DNA of 64,000 nt, taken from the NCBI RefSeq assembly GCF_009914755.1, contig NC_060928.1; one strand, written 5' to 3'. The stretch is from the human T2T-CHM13v2.0 reference genome, Homo sapiens. The position numbers and the translations under genes were made by a program. Shown here one piece after another: positions 1-14,664 of this stretch (position 1 is the stretch's first letter; each line of letters opens with the position of its first letter). The notes beneath the pieces are model-generated. The model worked only from the letters and a program-made list of their open reading frames with translations, was not told the DNA's origin and did no database searches.

Positions 1-1010
1 GGCAATTTCAATGTAGAAAACTTCCATCTAATAAATTAAGAGGGATGACAGTTTCATGTAGTATCACCATGTCAAAAATCTGAATACAATAACTAATCTA
101 GGATAGAGTCATCATTATGTGAATGACAATGAGTGTCTTACAATATATAAATCAGGGTTACAATAACCAAACTCACCATTTAATTTTAAAATAAAAAGTG
201 AGAGATTATGAAATATTTGGGACCTACTGATATGACATAATAGGAAATGAAAAACATCACCTATAAAGTTTTCTTGCAAAACAAAAAACAAAAAACAAAA
301 CCACATTAAACTATGTCTTTAGCTCACACAGAGACAGAGGAGCATGTGAATAACTCCATGAAGAATGTGGAAAATCTATAGGGTAAATAACTCGGTTTAC
401 TATATTGATAGATAGTAAGAGGAAAATTGAGATTAAAAACTTATAGTTTAAAAAGTCTTAAAAGACAAAATGTAAATTAGTTGTTGCCAGGGGTGTGGGG
501 AAGAACGGAGTTGAGAATGATTGCTAATGAGTACGAGGTTTCTTTTTATGGTGATGAAAATGTTCTAAAATTAGAGTGGTGATAATTTAACAACACTGTG
601 AATATACTAACACTGAATTATACACTGTTAAAGGGTGAATTTTATAATATATAAAGTGTATCTCACTACAATTATTACTTAAGAAGAGACATAAAAGACA
701 TTACCAAGCAAATACAATGTGTGGACTTTGTTTAAATGTTGATTTGAAAAATCAATTATAATTAAAATTGGTCAGAGACTTGGGTTTATGTTTGGTTTAT
801 ATAAAATTTTTCTACCATAGAATTATTTCTAAATCTTCCCTATGCTTTCTTCTCGAATTTTTATAATTTGCTTTTGTATAGAAATAATTGCTTTTTAAAA
901 TATATTGTTTTCCTTATTTCTAGAGACAATTAGGGAGATCTCAACAATAAAGAATAATCGATGATATGAAAGAATCATTAACTTTAGGAATGACAATAAT
1001 ACTATTTTTT
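1..1010 (+). mobile_element. Old L1 3'-end fragments (L1MC/MD-like, with an L1MB-type 3' end at ~470-680)
   Basis: L1M 3'UTR motifs such as 'ggtttctttttatggtgatgaaaatgttctaaaattag...aagggtgaatttta' and 'caaatacaatgtgtggactttg'; boundaries approximate. Confidence 0.6.
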
Positions 1011-1199
1011 AAGTCCTTATCTTTTAGGCATGCATGCTAATTATTTAATATTGAAATGCTATATCCCTGCAATGTTCCTCTATTATGACCGGAAGGGAGG
1101 TGTACGGATGAAAAGAAACTTTTCCACAGATTAATATTTCTTGAAGCTGAGTGGTGGGCACATAGAAATTTATTATATTAATTGCTGTCTTTTTTATAT

Positions 1200-2180
1200 A
1201 TGTTTCAAACTTGCCATTATAAAAAAGCAGGTAAAATATTATTGAGGTCCAGGAAAGAAGAGTATGATAAATTGAAATATACACCTTTTTCTTGGATAGG
1301 AATTTTCCATATTTAAAGGTGTCATTTCTCTCTAAATTAATCTAGAAAGTTGATATCATACTGATAAAAATATGAACAGAATAATTTTAACCTGACAAAC
1401 TGATTTTAAAGTTCCTAATAAGAAATAGGCTGTAAGATTTGCCAGGAAAATTCTGAAAAACAAACAAGCAAGCAAAGAATCCTAAAGGAATGTGTATGAG
1501 GAAGAGAAACCAAAACTACTAGATGTGAAAATATATTCTAATGCTATTATTTTGGAATTGGCTCATGGATAGTCAGATCACTGAAACAGAAGAGACCATC
1601 AGAATTAGACTCAAACATAGATGTCTTGTTATATGATGAACATGGCATTTCAAATCAGTGGAGAAAAGATGGGTCATTTCCTTAGCAATGTTGGGAAATT
1701 AAGCAGTCATTTTAAAAATGAGGAAGAAAGAAAAAAAGAAATAATGCTAGATTTGTATTTTGTTCAACACATCCAAATCCTTATCTTAACCAACACAGAG
1801 ATATACATTTTAAAAAGCAATGATTTTCATATAAAAGCAAATCATAAAAATTCTGGAAGAAAGCATAAGAAAAGTTTTAGAAAAAATCTTATGGTAGAAA
1901 AATTTTTTATAAACAACGTAAACCCAAGTCTCTGACCAAAATAAATTGGTAAATTGAAAGCTTTCATAAAGCTCTAAATTTAATAAAAAATAAAAGGGCA
2001 ATTAAAATGTTCTATATGTTTCTTTCTATTAATTTATCAAAATATACACATAAAAACTATGAATTTCAATACTCAAAAAAATAAGTGAATAGTTGAAGAC
2101 TTTTTTGTGACATACACAAGAGAAAGAAAGGCTCATTTGCTTATTTACTGTAAGGAAAAAAAGCAGGTAAAAATCCACTA
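1200..2180 (+). mobile_element. Degraded L1M ORF2 3' region (resumes at ~4040-4300 after the L1PA insertion)
   Basis: A-rich decayed ORF2 motifs ('gacaaactgattttaaagttc', 'ggcatttcaaatcagtggagaaaagatgg'). Confidence 0.55.
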
Positions 2181-2196
2181 ACAACTCTTTTTAAAA

Positions 2197-4035
2197 ATTT
2201 AATATTATTTTATTTTAAGTTCCAGGATACATGTGCGGGACATGCGGGTTTGTCACATAGGTAAATGCGTGCCGCAGTGATTTGCTGCACCTATCAACCC
2301 ATCACATATTCAGCCCCACATGCACTAGCTATTTATCCTGATGCTCTCCCTCCCATGCCCGCCCTGCCCATGTGTGTTGTTCCCCTCCCTGCGTTGTGTT
2401 CTCATTGTTCAGCTCCCACTTACAAGTGAGAACATGCAGTATTTGGTTTTCTGTTTCTATGTTAGTTTGCTGAGGACAATGGCTTCCAGTTCCATCCATG
2501 TCCCTGCAAAGGACAAGATCTCATTCTTTTTTATGGCTGTGTAGTATTCCATGGTGTATATGTACCACGTTTTCTTTATCTAGTCTATCACTGATGGGCA
2601 TTTTGGTTGATTCCATGTCTTTGATATTGTGAATAGTGCTGCAATGAACATATGCATGCATGTATCTTTATAATAGATTGATTTATATTCCTTTGGATAT
2701 ATACCCAGTAATGGGATTGCTGAGCCAAATGATATTTCTGGTTCTAAATCTTTGAGGAATAGCCACACCATCTTCCACAATGGTGGAAATTATTTACATT
2801 CCCACCAACAGCGTAAAAGTGTTCCTGTTTCTCCATGACCTCACCAGCCTCTATTGTTTCTTGACTTTTTAATAATTGCCATTCTGCCTAGTGTGTGATG
2901 CTACCTCATTGTAGTTTTGATTTGCATTTCTCTAATGATCAGTGATGTGGCTCTTTTTTTCATATATTTGCTGACTGCATGAATGTCTTCTTTTGAGAAG
3001 TCTCTGTTCATGTCCCTTGCTCACTTTTTAATGGGGTTGCTTTTTTGTTTTTTCTTCTACATTTGTTTAAGTTTCTTGTCAATTCTGGATGTTAGACCTT
3101 TGTCAGCTGGATAGATTGCAAAAACTTTCCCCCACTCCGTAGGTTGTGTGTTCACACTGATAATAATTTCTTTTTTGTGCAGAAGCTCTTTAATTAGATC
3201 TCATTTGTCAATTTTTGCTTTTGTCACAATTGCTTTTGAAATCTTTGCCCATGCTTATGTCCTGAATGGTATTGCCTAGATTTTCTTCTAGGGTTTTATA
3301 ATTTTGAGTTTTACATTTAAGTCTTTAATCCATCTTGAGTTAATTTTTGTATATGGTGTAAGGAAGAGGTCCAGTTTTAATTTTCTGCATGTGGCTAGCC
3401 AGTTTTCCCAGAATCACTTATTAAATAGGGAATCCTTTCCTCATTGCTTGTTTTTCAGGTTTGTCAAAGATCAAATGGTTGTAGATGTGCAGTCTAATTT
3501 CTGAGATCTCTATTCTGTTTCATTGCTCTATGTGTCTGTTTTTGTACTAATACCATGCTGTTTTGCTTACTATAGCCTTGTAGTATAGTTGAAGTCATGG
3601 TAGAGTGATGCCTCCAGCTTTGTTCTTTTTCCTTAGGATTGCCTTGGCTATATGGGCTCTTTTTCCTTTCCATATGAATGTTAAAGTAGGTTTTTCTAAT
3701 TCTGTGAAGAATGTCAGTGGTAGTTTAATGGGAATAGCATTGGATGTTTAAATTACTTTGTGCAGTATGGCCATTTTCACAATATTGATTTTTTCTATCC
3801 ATGAACATGAAATGTTTTTATATTTCTTTGTGTCCTCAGTGATTTCCTTGAGCAGTGGTTTGTAGTTCTCCTTGAAGACATCCTTCACATCCCTTGTTAG
3901 CTGTATTCCTATGTATTTTATTCTCTTTGTAGCAATTGTGAATGGGAGTTCACTCATGATTTGGCTCTCTTTTTATCTATTGTTGGTGTATAGGAATGTT
4001 CGTGATTTTTGCACATTGATTTTGTATCCTGAAAC
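2197..4035 (-). mobile_element. 5'-truncated L1PA (about L1PA8-13) element
   Basis: L1PA 3'UTR 'ttttaagttccaggatacatgtgc'; ORF2 fragments in the ORF track (2580..2780, 3748..3957 '[24 protein letters not shown]'); degraded TSD aactc(a)ttttttaaaa at ~2183 and ~4033. Confidence 0.9.
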
Positions 4036-4299
4036 TCATTTTTTAAAATGGCCAATGGCATAAGGAATAAGTTCATAGAAAAGTACAAATTTGTTATAAA
4101 TTCAGGAAAATATACCTAATCTTAGTCATAAATAAAAGCAATATAAAACACAATAGGATTCTAATTTTTACACATTACATTGCCAAAAAAATTTCAATTA
4201 ATGCACAGGATTTGTGGATATGCAGGAAAATAAATTCTTCAGTAATGTTGGTGAGACTGTAAGTGGATTCAAACTTGTTTGATAAAGTTTAATTAAATT

Positions 4300-5960
4300 A
4301 TATACTGAACCCAAAAGAGAATATGAACAATAAAAAGTGAACCTATAGAGATGTAGGTTAAAAATCATGAAACTACCATATATATGTGTATATATATATG
4401 ATTTAATATGTTTTGTATAATGTAAACTACTTCATATACTTCTATATAATCTGTTTGTATGTACAGACATACACACTGTATATATGAGGTAGTGTGTGTG
4501 TGTATATATAGTATGTGTATAGTATATAGTGTGTGTCTATAAATAGTATATGTGTATTTATATACAATCCTTGTGTGCATGTGTGTGTAAATTTAACAGT
4601 GAATATGTTGCATATATTGATAGGGATTTTTCTGTTTGAGAAATAGTTTACATATAAGTAAAAAGTGACATCTAATATGAACCTTGAGGAGTTTAATTGG
4701 ATAGAAAGTGGCAGTGTGAACTCATGGTTTTTTAATATATATTCAGATAGATATAAGAAATCAAATAGGTATGTATATATAATATGTGAGTTGGTATATT
4801 TATATTTCTTTCTTCTGTCTTCTGAAAGAACCTAGGAGCAATGATACTTCTAAAGCAATGACTATAGTTAGTACTTAAATCTAGGTTTCTAAGCACTATA
4901 CTCTAATAAAGGAAACTAGAGCTTCTTGGAAAAATCAACAATCTTAGGGATGGGGCAGAAGAACTGATGAACCCGGAACATTTTATAGCACCAAAAGCAA
5001 GACAGAGATTGCACAAGAGATGGAGACATGTCAAAAAGATACAGAAGCCAAACTAAGAAACTCCCAATAGCCAAATTTGGAACAATGAGAAACAAAATAA
5101 TTAATAGTAGCATTTAGTTATAACCCAGAGTATAAAATAAATATCCATGGGTCTATATAGATATGAATAAATAATTGAGCAAATAAATAAATGGAGAAGT
5201 AGCAGCCCTTTCTTACCAGAGAAGGAATGAAGCAAACACAAATTCATCATTGGGTAAACATGACTGTAATAATTATTCCAACCAAGATCCATCAGTGAAT
5301 GAAAAATACAGTGAGTGAAAGTTAGCAGAGAAATAGAATATTCACAGAGTCCCAAAATATCTCCCTCAAGATATTTGTCTATTAAAAAAGGAAAATAGTA
5401 ACTATACTTGAGAAACCTAGCAAACATCACTTTTGTCATGTAATAGAGGTTTACACCACTAGTGGTAATATATACATGGGAAAATCTTTTTCCTCTCGTT
5501 ATGATTCAGTGAAAAAGAGACATTACTTCTGTCGTTTTCTTCCCAAAATATACTACCTCATTCTAATGAGGGGAAAACATCAGACAAACACAAATTGAAA
5601 GACAGTCTATAAAATAAGTGACCAGTACTCATGAAAGGTGTCACAAAAGGGAAAGATAAGGAAAGACTGAAAAACTGTCACAGATGAGAAAAAACTAAGG
5701 AGTCATAACAACTAAATGCAAGGTAGAATCCTACCTGGATTATGGAATATATATATATATACAAAAAACTGAAATTTGAACAGGTCTGTAGTTCAGCCAA
5801 CAGTATCATCCCGATGTTAACTTCCTGGTTTTGATAATTGTACTATGATTTTGTAAATTATTAACATTGTGGAAATCTGGGTAAAGTTATGCATGAACTC
5901 AGTACTATATTTGCAAGTATTCTGTAAGTCTAAAATTATTTTAAAATAAAAAGGTTTTTA
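4300..5960 (+). mobile_element. L1MD/L1MC-type 3' end with an internal (TA/TG)-rich low-complexity tract (~4377-4590)
   Basis: 'gtggcagtgtgaactcatggtttt', 'cagacaaacacaaattgaaagacagtcta', terminal 'tgtaagtctaaaattattttaaaataaaa'. Confidence 0.7.
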
Positions 5961-7647
5961 AAACTTACTATAGAAAAATTATGTAAGTTGATGTACTTCT
6001 AGAAGTTTATCTTTGAAATTCAATCAGAGAAAATTATGCCACTTCAACAATTAATCTCACACTTTTACTATAAAAACTTGCTATATGTAAAAAATGGTGT
6101 TTGTGTATGTGTGTGTGCACATGCACACGTACACTTAAGCTGGGTTCAAAGGCACTAATTAGAGACAGTATTGAAAATCTCATCTTGTTCTCCTAAAATT
6201 GAAAGAATTTTAATCTCAGTCACAGTTATTACATGCTTTTTTCTTTTTCTTTGTTATTTTCTTTCACCGGAGCTGCCAGTGTTTCATGCTTTTTTCTATC
6301 AAAGAGGAAAAACTGGGAAGAAAACTTGTGTTATGTCTTTTTAGAACAAAGAATTTTTTTAAGAAAGCAAAATGTTTGCTCAGAAATAAAAGAATGACCA
6401 AATAATTCCTTTTTAAAACACTTACTCTATACATATTCTCAAACATGCATGTAAACTTAAATCAACCAGGATTTCTCTAATGGAACACCCTGAAACTACA
6501 AAAGAGAATAAAGTACATAGATACATTTTATGGAAAAACATAAATCCGTTGTAAAATTTCAAATAAGCCAAAATAGTGTGTATTTTATGTTCCAACTTGT
6601 GCTTTATGTCAGCAGATATATGTGTTTTTAGGTGAGAATTTCTCACAGGATCTCCAAGAAAATTTTGATAGTGGCCACCCCTGGAGACTAGAGTTTAGGG
6701 GATGGAGTTAAAAAGTGGTACTTTAAATTTTATATACTTTTACATCATTACATTTTTATTATGAGGCTGTATTATTTTCACAATACAAATATTAAAAGGA
6801 AAATTATTTTGGTATTTGGAAATAAAATTGCCCAGTATGTACCATTGAATATAAATAGAACAATTGAAAGACACTTCAGAAAAATATTTAGCTGCTTAAT
6901 GTGAGAACACTCATTTTTCACACTTAAAATTGCCCAAAGATGGAAATGATCATCACTCATCATATAGACACTGCTAATGAAGGTGTTCAGATATAGACTC
7001 ACAACACAAGACAATCACTTACAAGAAACCTTGTGTAGAGAATACAAGCATTTGGAAGAGTAGTTGGACTGGCTGGTTTTTAGGATCCCTTCCCTTACAT
7101 CCCTCAGATTGTAGTATCCTTTCTTAAAGTACACAAAATGATGTCATGCTTCAATGATAATGTACATTTATATAGCAAAAAGAATTTTTTATCTTCTCTG
7201 AATTTTTTAAATACTTGAATGATAGAAAAACTATTATTATGGTTACTCAAATATTTAGATGTTTGAATATTTTAAATTGGCATATTCAGATGTCACAATC
7301 ATTTTATCTCCCAAAGGAGGGAGTCAATTAGAACAACTTGAAAGTGAACAGTGAGTCACATTTATTTAATTCAGTCATGTCAATGTTCTTTTCTATGCAA
7401 ATGAAAAAAATGTATATGCAACCTTCAAATTTAAATACAGGACTTAGTGGAAGGACAAGTAGAAGATTTAGGTTGTTGACATCAAAGAAGCTACCCACTA
7501 TCTACCAGAAGAGCAAAGCACGCATAAGGTAAGTTTGGTCATCATAATTTACAGTGATTAACTTTTAGATCTCAGCTTAAAACAAAAGGTGTTGGACTCA
7601 AACTTCAATCAAATTTAGCAGAAATCTAAAATCTGGGTGGGAAATAT

Positions 7648-8070
7648 TATTCATTTATTCATTTATTTATCTACTCAAAAACTATTTATGGAGCACCTAC
7701 TATATTCCGGGCACTTTTCTACACACAGGAAGATAATGGAAAAACACAAGTTCCTACTATCATGCGGATTACATTCTAAAGAAAGAAGATATTTTAAAAG
7801 ACAAATAAAACAATTTTACATAGAGTTAAGTGCTCTGAAGAAAATAGGGCAGTGAGTTAAAGAGTAATGGGCAGGAATTCCCCCTTGAAGGGTTGAATTG
7901 AGTTGAAAAGGAATTTATACAAAAATATTGACACTAAGTATTCCAAGTAGAGGGATCAGCTAGTGAAAAAGGTCCCAAAACTAATCAAAAATAACTCCCT
8001 TAACTTGTCCAAGGAACAAGAAGGCCACTGTGATTAAAATGTAGGTAGAGGAAAACAGATTGAGGAAGAA
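7648..8070 (-). mobile_element. L2 3' fragment
   Basis: 'attcatttattcattt...tatttatggagcacctactatattccgggcac' is the reverse L2 3' terminus. Confidence 0.7.
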
Positions 8071-8262
8071 AAAAAATGAAACTCTCTGTTCAGTTCTTAT
8101 CTGTGACTTGATTTCAATCATATTTGAGTAAAAATATTTTGTGGCTATTAAATCTTTCCTATGAATCTCTATGTTCTTTGAAAAGTATCAAGTTGGCATA
8201 CTATGACTGTTTTATTAGTCTTTCAGTTTTCTTCCCCTTTAGTCACTCAGAACAGTGAGTTA

Positions 8263-8324
8263 TAGATGATAGATAGATTAGATAGACAGACAGACAGACA
8301 GACAGATAGATAGATAGATAGATA
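8263..8324 (+). repeat. Compound (GATA)n(GACA)n(GATA)n tetranucleotide microsatellite
   Basis: Directly visible. Confidence 0.95.
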
Positions 8325-9129
8325 TGAATGATTGAAAGCAAAGAAAGTAGCTAAAAAGAAAAATCTGTTAAAGGATCTAGGAAACTTTGATAGAATTGTC
8401 AGGTCTGTTGGCAAGATGAACTGCTAGAGTAGGGTAACATTCTGCTTTGATCATTGTTCTCTTCTGGAAAGGATTTTTCCTATGAATTGTAATTTCTACG
8501 TGTTCAACAAAGCTTCAGAGGCATCCATCTAAATATTCATCTAGCTGAATATTTGAGAGATAGCTAGGAGTAGAATCAATGTGAGTGTAGCATTTGCCAA
8601 CTTAAATCTCACCACTGAATAAACAGATGGAGAGAAAAATTATTAAACGGTATAAATGTCACCTTCACTTTTTTGATACAAGCAAAGAAATGTGTGCCGG
8701 CTTGGTTAGAAGATTTTTTCTGGACAGATGTATGCTCAGATCCAGCCTATTTATTAGAGAACACTCTCAGCTCTCATTTTCAATTTTAATCACTATGTCA
8801 ATTTTGAAAGGGCAGTTCTCATTACATAAACATTTGGAAGTTATAAAGCTGAAAGGTCAGGGTATAGCCAAGACAAAAGATAACATGCCACCAGCTGGCA
8901 TAAACTTCCATGAGCAAAATTTTCCTCCCAGCAAGCCTAACCCTCAGACACCAAGATCCTAGCACATACGAACCATTGTTAAACATTTTTCTGTTTCTCC
9001 AAATAAGTATTTTATTTGTGGGGACATAGTTATACATATTATTCTACTGGAACATTATGGAGGGTAGAATTCTTCAAAAAAACTTTATGACAATTAGTAT
9101 CATAATTTGACAACCAAATAGCTTTAGAT

Positions 9130-9370
9130 TAATAATCATAATTGCTACTGTTATTCAGCAATAACTGTACCAATTGTTCACTCTCTGTTATTTCAGTTAA
9201 TCCTTACCACATCTTTGTGAGGTAGGTATTTTTATCACCAATATACAGAAATGGAAATTAGGATTTAGGGAATTTAAGCAATTTTCTGAATTATAATTCA
9301 ACAGGTATGTGGCAGATATAACTTTTACCCAGATCTGTCTAACTTCAAAACATGGGATTAATCTCTATAT
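9130..9370 (-). mobile_element. MIR SINE
   Basis: 'taatccttaccacatctttgtgaggtaggtatttttatcacc...cagaaatggaaattagg' is the reverse MIR core. Confidence 0.7.
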
Positions 9371-9710
9371 TAGGCTATCTCCTTGAATAAGTGCAGCTTG
9401 AGTTGAAGGTTTCACTTTAGATACCCTAAAATTTGTTCTAGAGGATTCAGGAAATCCTAAAACACCTGGGAGAAAAGAAAGCATGAATCTTTGACATCAC
9501 AGTATTTTTATCACCTTTATCTAAAAAAGTGCAATATAAACTGAAAGTTCTAAAAAGTACTGGTTGGACTATTAGTTAAATATAGGAGAATAAAGGTCTA
9601 TTTTCTTATTCTTTTTCTTTGAAACTTATGAAAAATTATGTATATGTGTAATTATATATATAATTATATACTCTATATATCAGGTATATAAAATATATAG
9701 GCAAAGATGA

Positions 9711-10046
<336 letters not shown>

Positions 10047-10919
10047 GACTTTTCTTAAAATTAAGAAGCATTGTCTTAAATGGCCTATATGAATATCCTT
10101 TGATTGTAGAGACAAGAACTAGGAGTATATCTATATCACATAGATATGGATAAGACCCTGAGAGAATGGATAAGACCCTGGTAAAACCTTGTCTGAGATC
10201 ACAAAATACAAATGAACGTGGAGCTGAAGGGGAAACTGAGCTGGTCACAAAGTTGTAAGTTCATTGTCTTAGAGGATCAAGGAAGAAAAGTACAAAGTGA
10301 TAGTAACCCAGAAAGCTGTGACCTAAAAAGCTGTCTTCAATAAACCTCTTACATTAACAACAATAACAAGGACAGGAAAGTTGCCCCCAGGACAAAGGAA
10401 AATAAACTTATTGAGGATACTTGCAACAGCAATTCCAAGAAGATGCTGACTGGCTCATTTTACTATTTCTATTTCTCCCCAAGTGATTCTTCAACAAATA
10501 GCTTCATTGAAAATAATAATAACAATCCAATTAGTATGAAACTCTTTAGGCAGGCAAGAGGGTAAATAAAGAAGAATCAGAACATGAGGAAAATACAGAT
10601 GACAGATGCAAGAGTAAATACACAAGGAAACAGAAAAAGAAACTATAAGAATAGTTCTTTATAGATGTTGTATTTTTAAAAATAAAGAAAAACTACATTT
10701 TTTTTTCAAAGATGAAATTACTCAAAATCAAGAGGTGAGTTTGAACCAACAAACCTTTAAGACAAATTGTAGGAGGAAAACAAATACATTAAGAGAAGAA
10801 AAACACATTAAGCACAACAACCACAAAATACAACCACATGTGTTTACAAATATAGGGAGTGATAGATAAGATAGAGAAAATCACATAAAATGACATTTAA
10901 AGAGCTCTTACAGAGATCC

Positions 10920-13900
10920 TACTTCTGGTGATAATGGAAGGCCTTGTATTGAATTAACTCTTTCCATGTAAAACAGTTATAACAAAATATTTATAAACAA
11001 CAACAACAACATTTTGAGATACTAGAGTGAATACAAATAGGCAGAAGCTGGAAGAAAGTGGAATCTTAAAAGAAAAAAAGAACTGCACTGCTATATATAC
11101 ATTTAACACAGCTTTTTAACTGAGGGCATTTCCCAGTTCTAATAACATAAGAATCTAAAACCTAAACAAAAAGTCATAGTCTTGAAGAATCAGAGGACCA
11201 AGCTCCACAAAGTTTCAGAAAAGAAAATATAAAAATTAGTCTATAAATTCTGATTAAATCTTTGGTTAACTCAAAGTTGCAAATAAATGGACTGACTCCA
11301 AGGACAGCAGAAGGAAACACTGCTGGAAAGTTTAAAGAACCAAGTAGAAATTTAATTGCTTCTGGGAAGGAGAGGCAAAGCTGAAAGTCTGAGTCAAGCC
11401 CAGTTAACTACCTGCTAGAACTAAAACAGTACTCTTCAGAGGAAGATAACAAAATCTAGAGTCTCTACAATATATTACCTAAAATGTCTAGTATAATATA
11501 AAACATTATGAAACCTTAAAAAAAAAACAGAAAAGTGTTCACATAATAAAGAGAAAAATCAGCCAATAGAAACCAAACCTTAGATGACCCAGATGTCAGA
11601 ACTAGTATACAGGAATTTAAAATAATTACTGCAAATATTGACTAAGACCAAGTAAAACAAAGTCACAATAAATTAATGGGTGGACTACCTCAACAGAGAA
11701 ATAGAGAATATTTTCTAAAAAGCAAGTCAAAATTTGTAATCTAAATAAAATATCTGAAATTATAAATTCACTGGTTAGGCTTAAGAGCAGCTTGGGAATA
11801 GCCCCAGTAAAATTAATGGTAGATCAATAGAAAATATTCAATCTGAAAAATAGAAGGACTGGGAAAAGCATGTCTCAATGACCTTCAAGACAATATCAGG
11901 AAATCAATTATAAATGTAACATAGCCTGAGAAGATGAAAGAGTGGATCAGGAAAAATTATTTTTAAATACTAGCAATTTTCAAAAATATATGGTAAAAAA
12001 CATAAACTTACAGATGTAGAAAGCTGAATGAAACCAAGCAATCTAATAAAAAATACAGAAAAAGAAAAAAATACTTAAAGTAACCAGAGAAAAACAACAA
12101 ATTACCTACAGAAAAGCAATAATAGAAGTGATAGCAGACTTCTCATCAGGAATAACAGAGGCCAGAAGACAATAAAATAAAATCTTTAAAGTACTGAAAT
12201 AATTTGATGTTCATTTCTATTTTTTTTTTCAAAAAATGAAAACATAATATAGACATTATATAAAAATGAAAACTTGGAGAATTTTAGCAAGATATGCTGA
12301 AAGTTCTTTCAGCTGAAGGCATGTGATACCAAATGAAAACTCAGAATTACAGAAATAAATAATGAACACTGGGACTGATTATTACATGTATTTTTCTTTC
12401 ACCAATTAAAAAAATATGACTAATGCCAAAATTACAACATTATATTTCATGGGTTATAATGTATACTTATGTTAAGATATTTGACAATAACACAAAGGAT
12501 AGGATGGTAAATGGAGCTATACTATTGCAAAGTTTCATGCTTTATGTTATGTGGTAAATTAATGATTTATAATGTGAGTTCCTACATCAACTACTAAAAA
12601 TGTACTGCAAAAATTACACTAAAAAGGCAATAAAGAAATTGAAATGCAATATTAAAAAGTGTCCGATTACCCTTAAAGAAGGCAAAGTAGACAGAACAAA
12701 AAACTGAAAGAACAAATAAAAAGAAAATAGCAAAACGGTAGACTTAATTTCAACTAAATGGACTGATTACACTATATGTAAAATGGCTGAACATTCCATT
12801 TAAATGTCAGAGATTGTCAGCCTGGATAAAAAGTAAGATGCAACTATAAGTTTTCCATAAATGATGCACCTTAAGAGATAAATAGGTACAAATAAATATG
12901 AAAATGCATACCATGAAGACAATGGGCATTACAAAATTGGCATGCCTATATTACTATAAAAACTGACTTTACAGAATTTTGTTGAGAACATATTTTATGG
13001 TAGAATAGTCAAATCATCAAGAGGACATAAAATTCACAGATATATGTGCACCTAATAACAGAACTTCACAATACTTGGGAGAAAAACAGAACTAAAGGGA
13101 GAAATACTTGAGCACAGCTTCATAGTAACTCTAACACCAATCTGTCAGCAATTGATAGAACAAGTAGTGAAAAACTCAAAAAGCCTAGAGAATATTTGAA
13201 TACTACTATCAAACACCTTACTTTACTTGATATTAATAAGCATTTAACCCAACAAATGGAGTATATTTGCTCTCTTTTAGTGCACAGGAGATGGTCACTA
13301 AGATAGACCATACGCTGACTAAAGATAAAAATTTCAATAAATATCAAAAAACCTAAAATATTTTAGAGTAATTGTTATTAACACAGTAAAATTAAATAAG
13401 AGCTTACTAACAATGATTCCTAGAGAAGCACAGATAGAAACAACACATTTCTAAGTTGCCCCTGGGTAAAAAAAGAAATAGCAAAAAAATTAGAAAGTTA
13501 GAAAATATTTTAATTAGAAAATTTCACAATTTGTTGGCTGCAGCTAAAGTCATGAAAATGTATTACTTTAAATGCTTAGATTTAAAAGGAAGAAAGGTCT
13601 AAATCAATGACCTAATATTTCACCTTAAGAAGCTGGAAAAAGGACAGCAAATCAAACTAAAAAAGTAGTAAAAAGAAGGAAAAATAAAATCAGAAAAGAG
13701 GAAATCAATGAAATAGGGGAAATAACTATGGTAGGGAAAAATCAACAAATTTATTAAGTAATTCTTAGAAAAGATTAATTAAATTGATAAAATGCTAACA
13801 GGAGTGCCCAAAAAGAAAAGGGAAAACACAAATTACCAATAACAGTGATGAAAGAATATACAACAGTGAAATCCTAGGTATAACTTAAAAAGAAGAGACT

Positions 13901-14280
13901 ATAATAAAACTACTTTATGCCAATAAGTTTGACAGTATAGTTAAAATAAACAAATTCCTGAGAAAAGCAAAGGATCAATTTTGACCCAAAAAGAAATTGA
14001 TAATATTAATAATCTTAAATGTATTAAAGAAATTGAATTCATTGTTTAAAATGTTTTCATTGAAAGTACTTAATTCAGATTGTTCTGCAGTAGATTATCC
14101 CAAAATTTTAAGAAAAAAGATTTATTTCAAATTTCAAATTATTTCAGAAATTAGAAAAAAGACACATTATTTTATGAGTCCAAGATAATTTTTATACTTA
14201 ACTGAAAAGGATATAAATAGAAAAAAAACACAGACAATCTTTTTCATAATGACAATTGTGAAAATTCTAAATACAATATT
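10920..14280 (+). mobile_element. Old L1M 5' portion (5'UTR, ORF1 and ORF2 endonuclease remnants)
   Basis: ORF1-like 'gcagacttctcatcaggaataacagaggccagaagac'; EN-like 'cagagattgtcagcctggataaaaag' and 'tatgtgcacctaataacagaacttcac'; heavily decayed. Confidence 0.8.
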
Positions 14281-14664
14281 TCTGTGAGTAACTTCAAAAA
14301 TCTTCTTGACTTATCTTAATTACATGGTTTATACAAAATATGACCATTACCGGCCAAAAGGAATAAAATAGTAAAATGTGTTTTAAAAAATAATAAATGT
14401 CTAAGCAAACTGCATAGGTTTTGATGTCAGAATGATGTTACACACACATGTGTGCACACACACATCGTTTAATAATACAGAGTCTATTCAGCTATCTTGC
14501 TATATGCTGCTTTTCTTAGTTCTGGAGATCCATAGGAAACAGCAACATCTCACAAAATTGCATAATATGACTTACAAGAAAAAAATGGCTTATCAAAAGT
14601 TGTTCTTGATATGTTGTTTACCCAGCAAAGAAAATATAAATAAGGAAGAATTACATGAACTCTG

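Noticed and set aside
8627-8962. 111-aa ORF in unique sequence
   Set aside because: No recognisable domain or splice context; length compatible with chance
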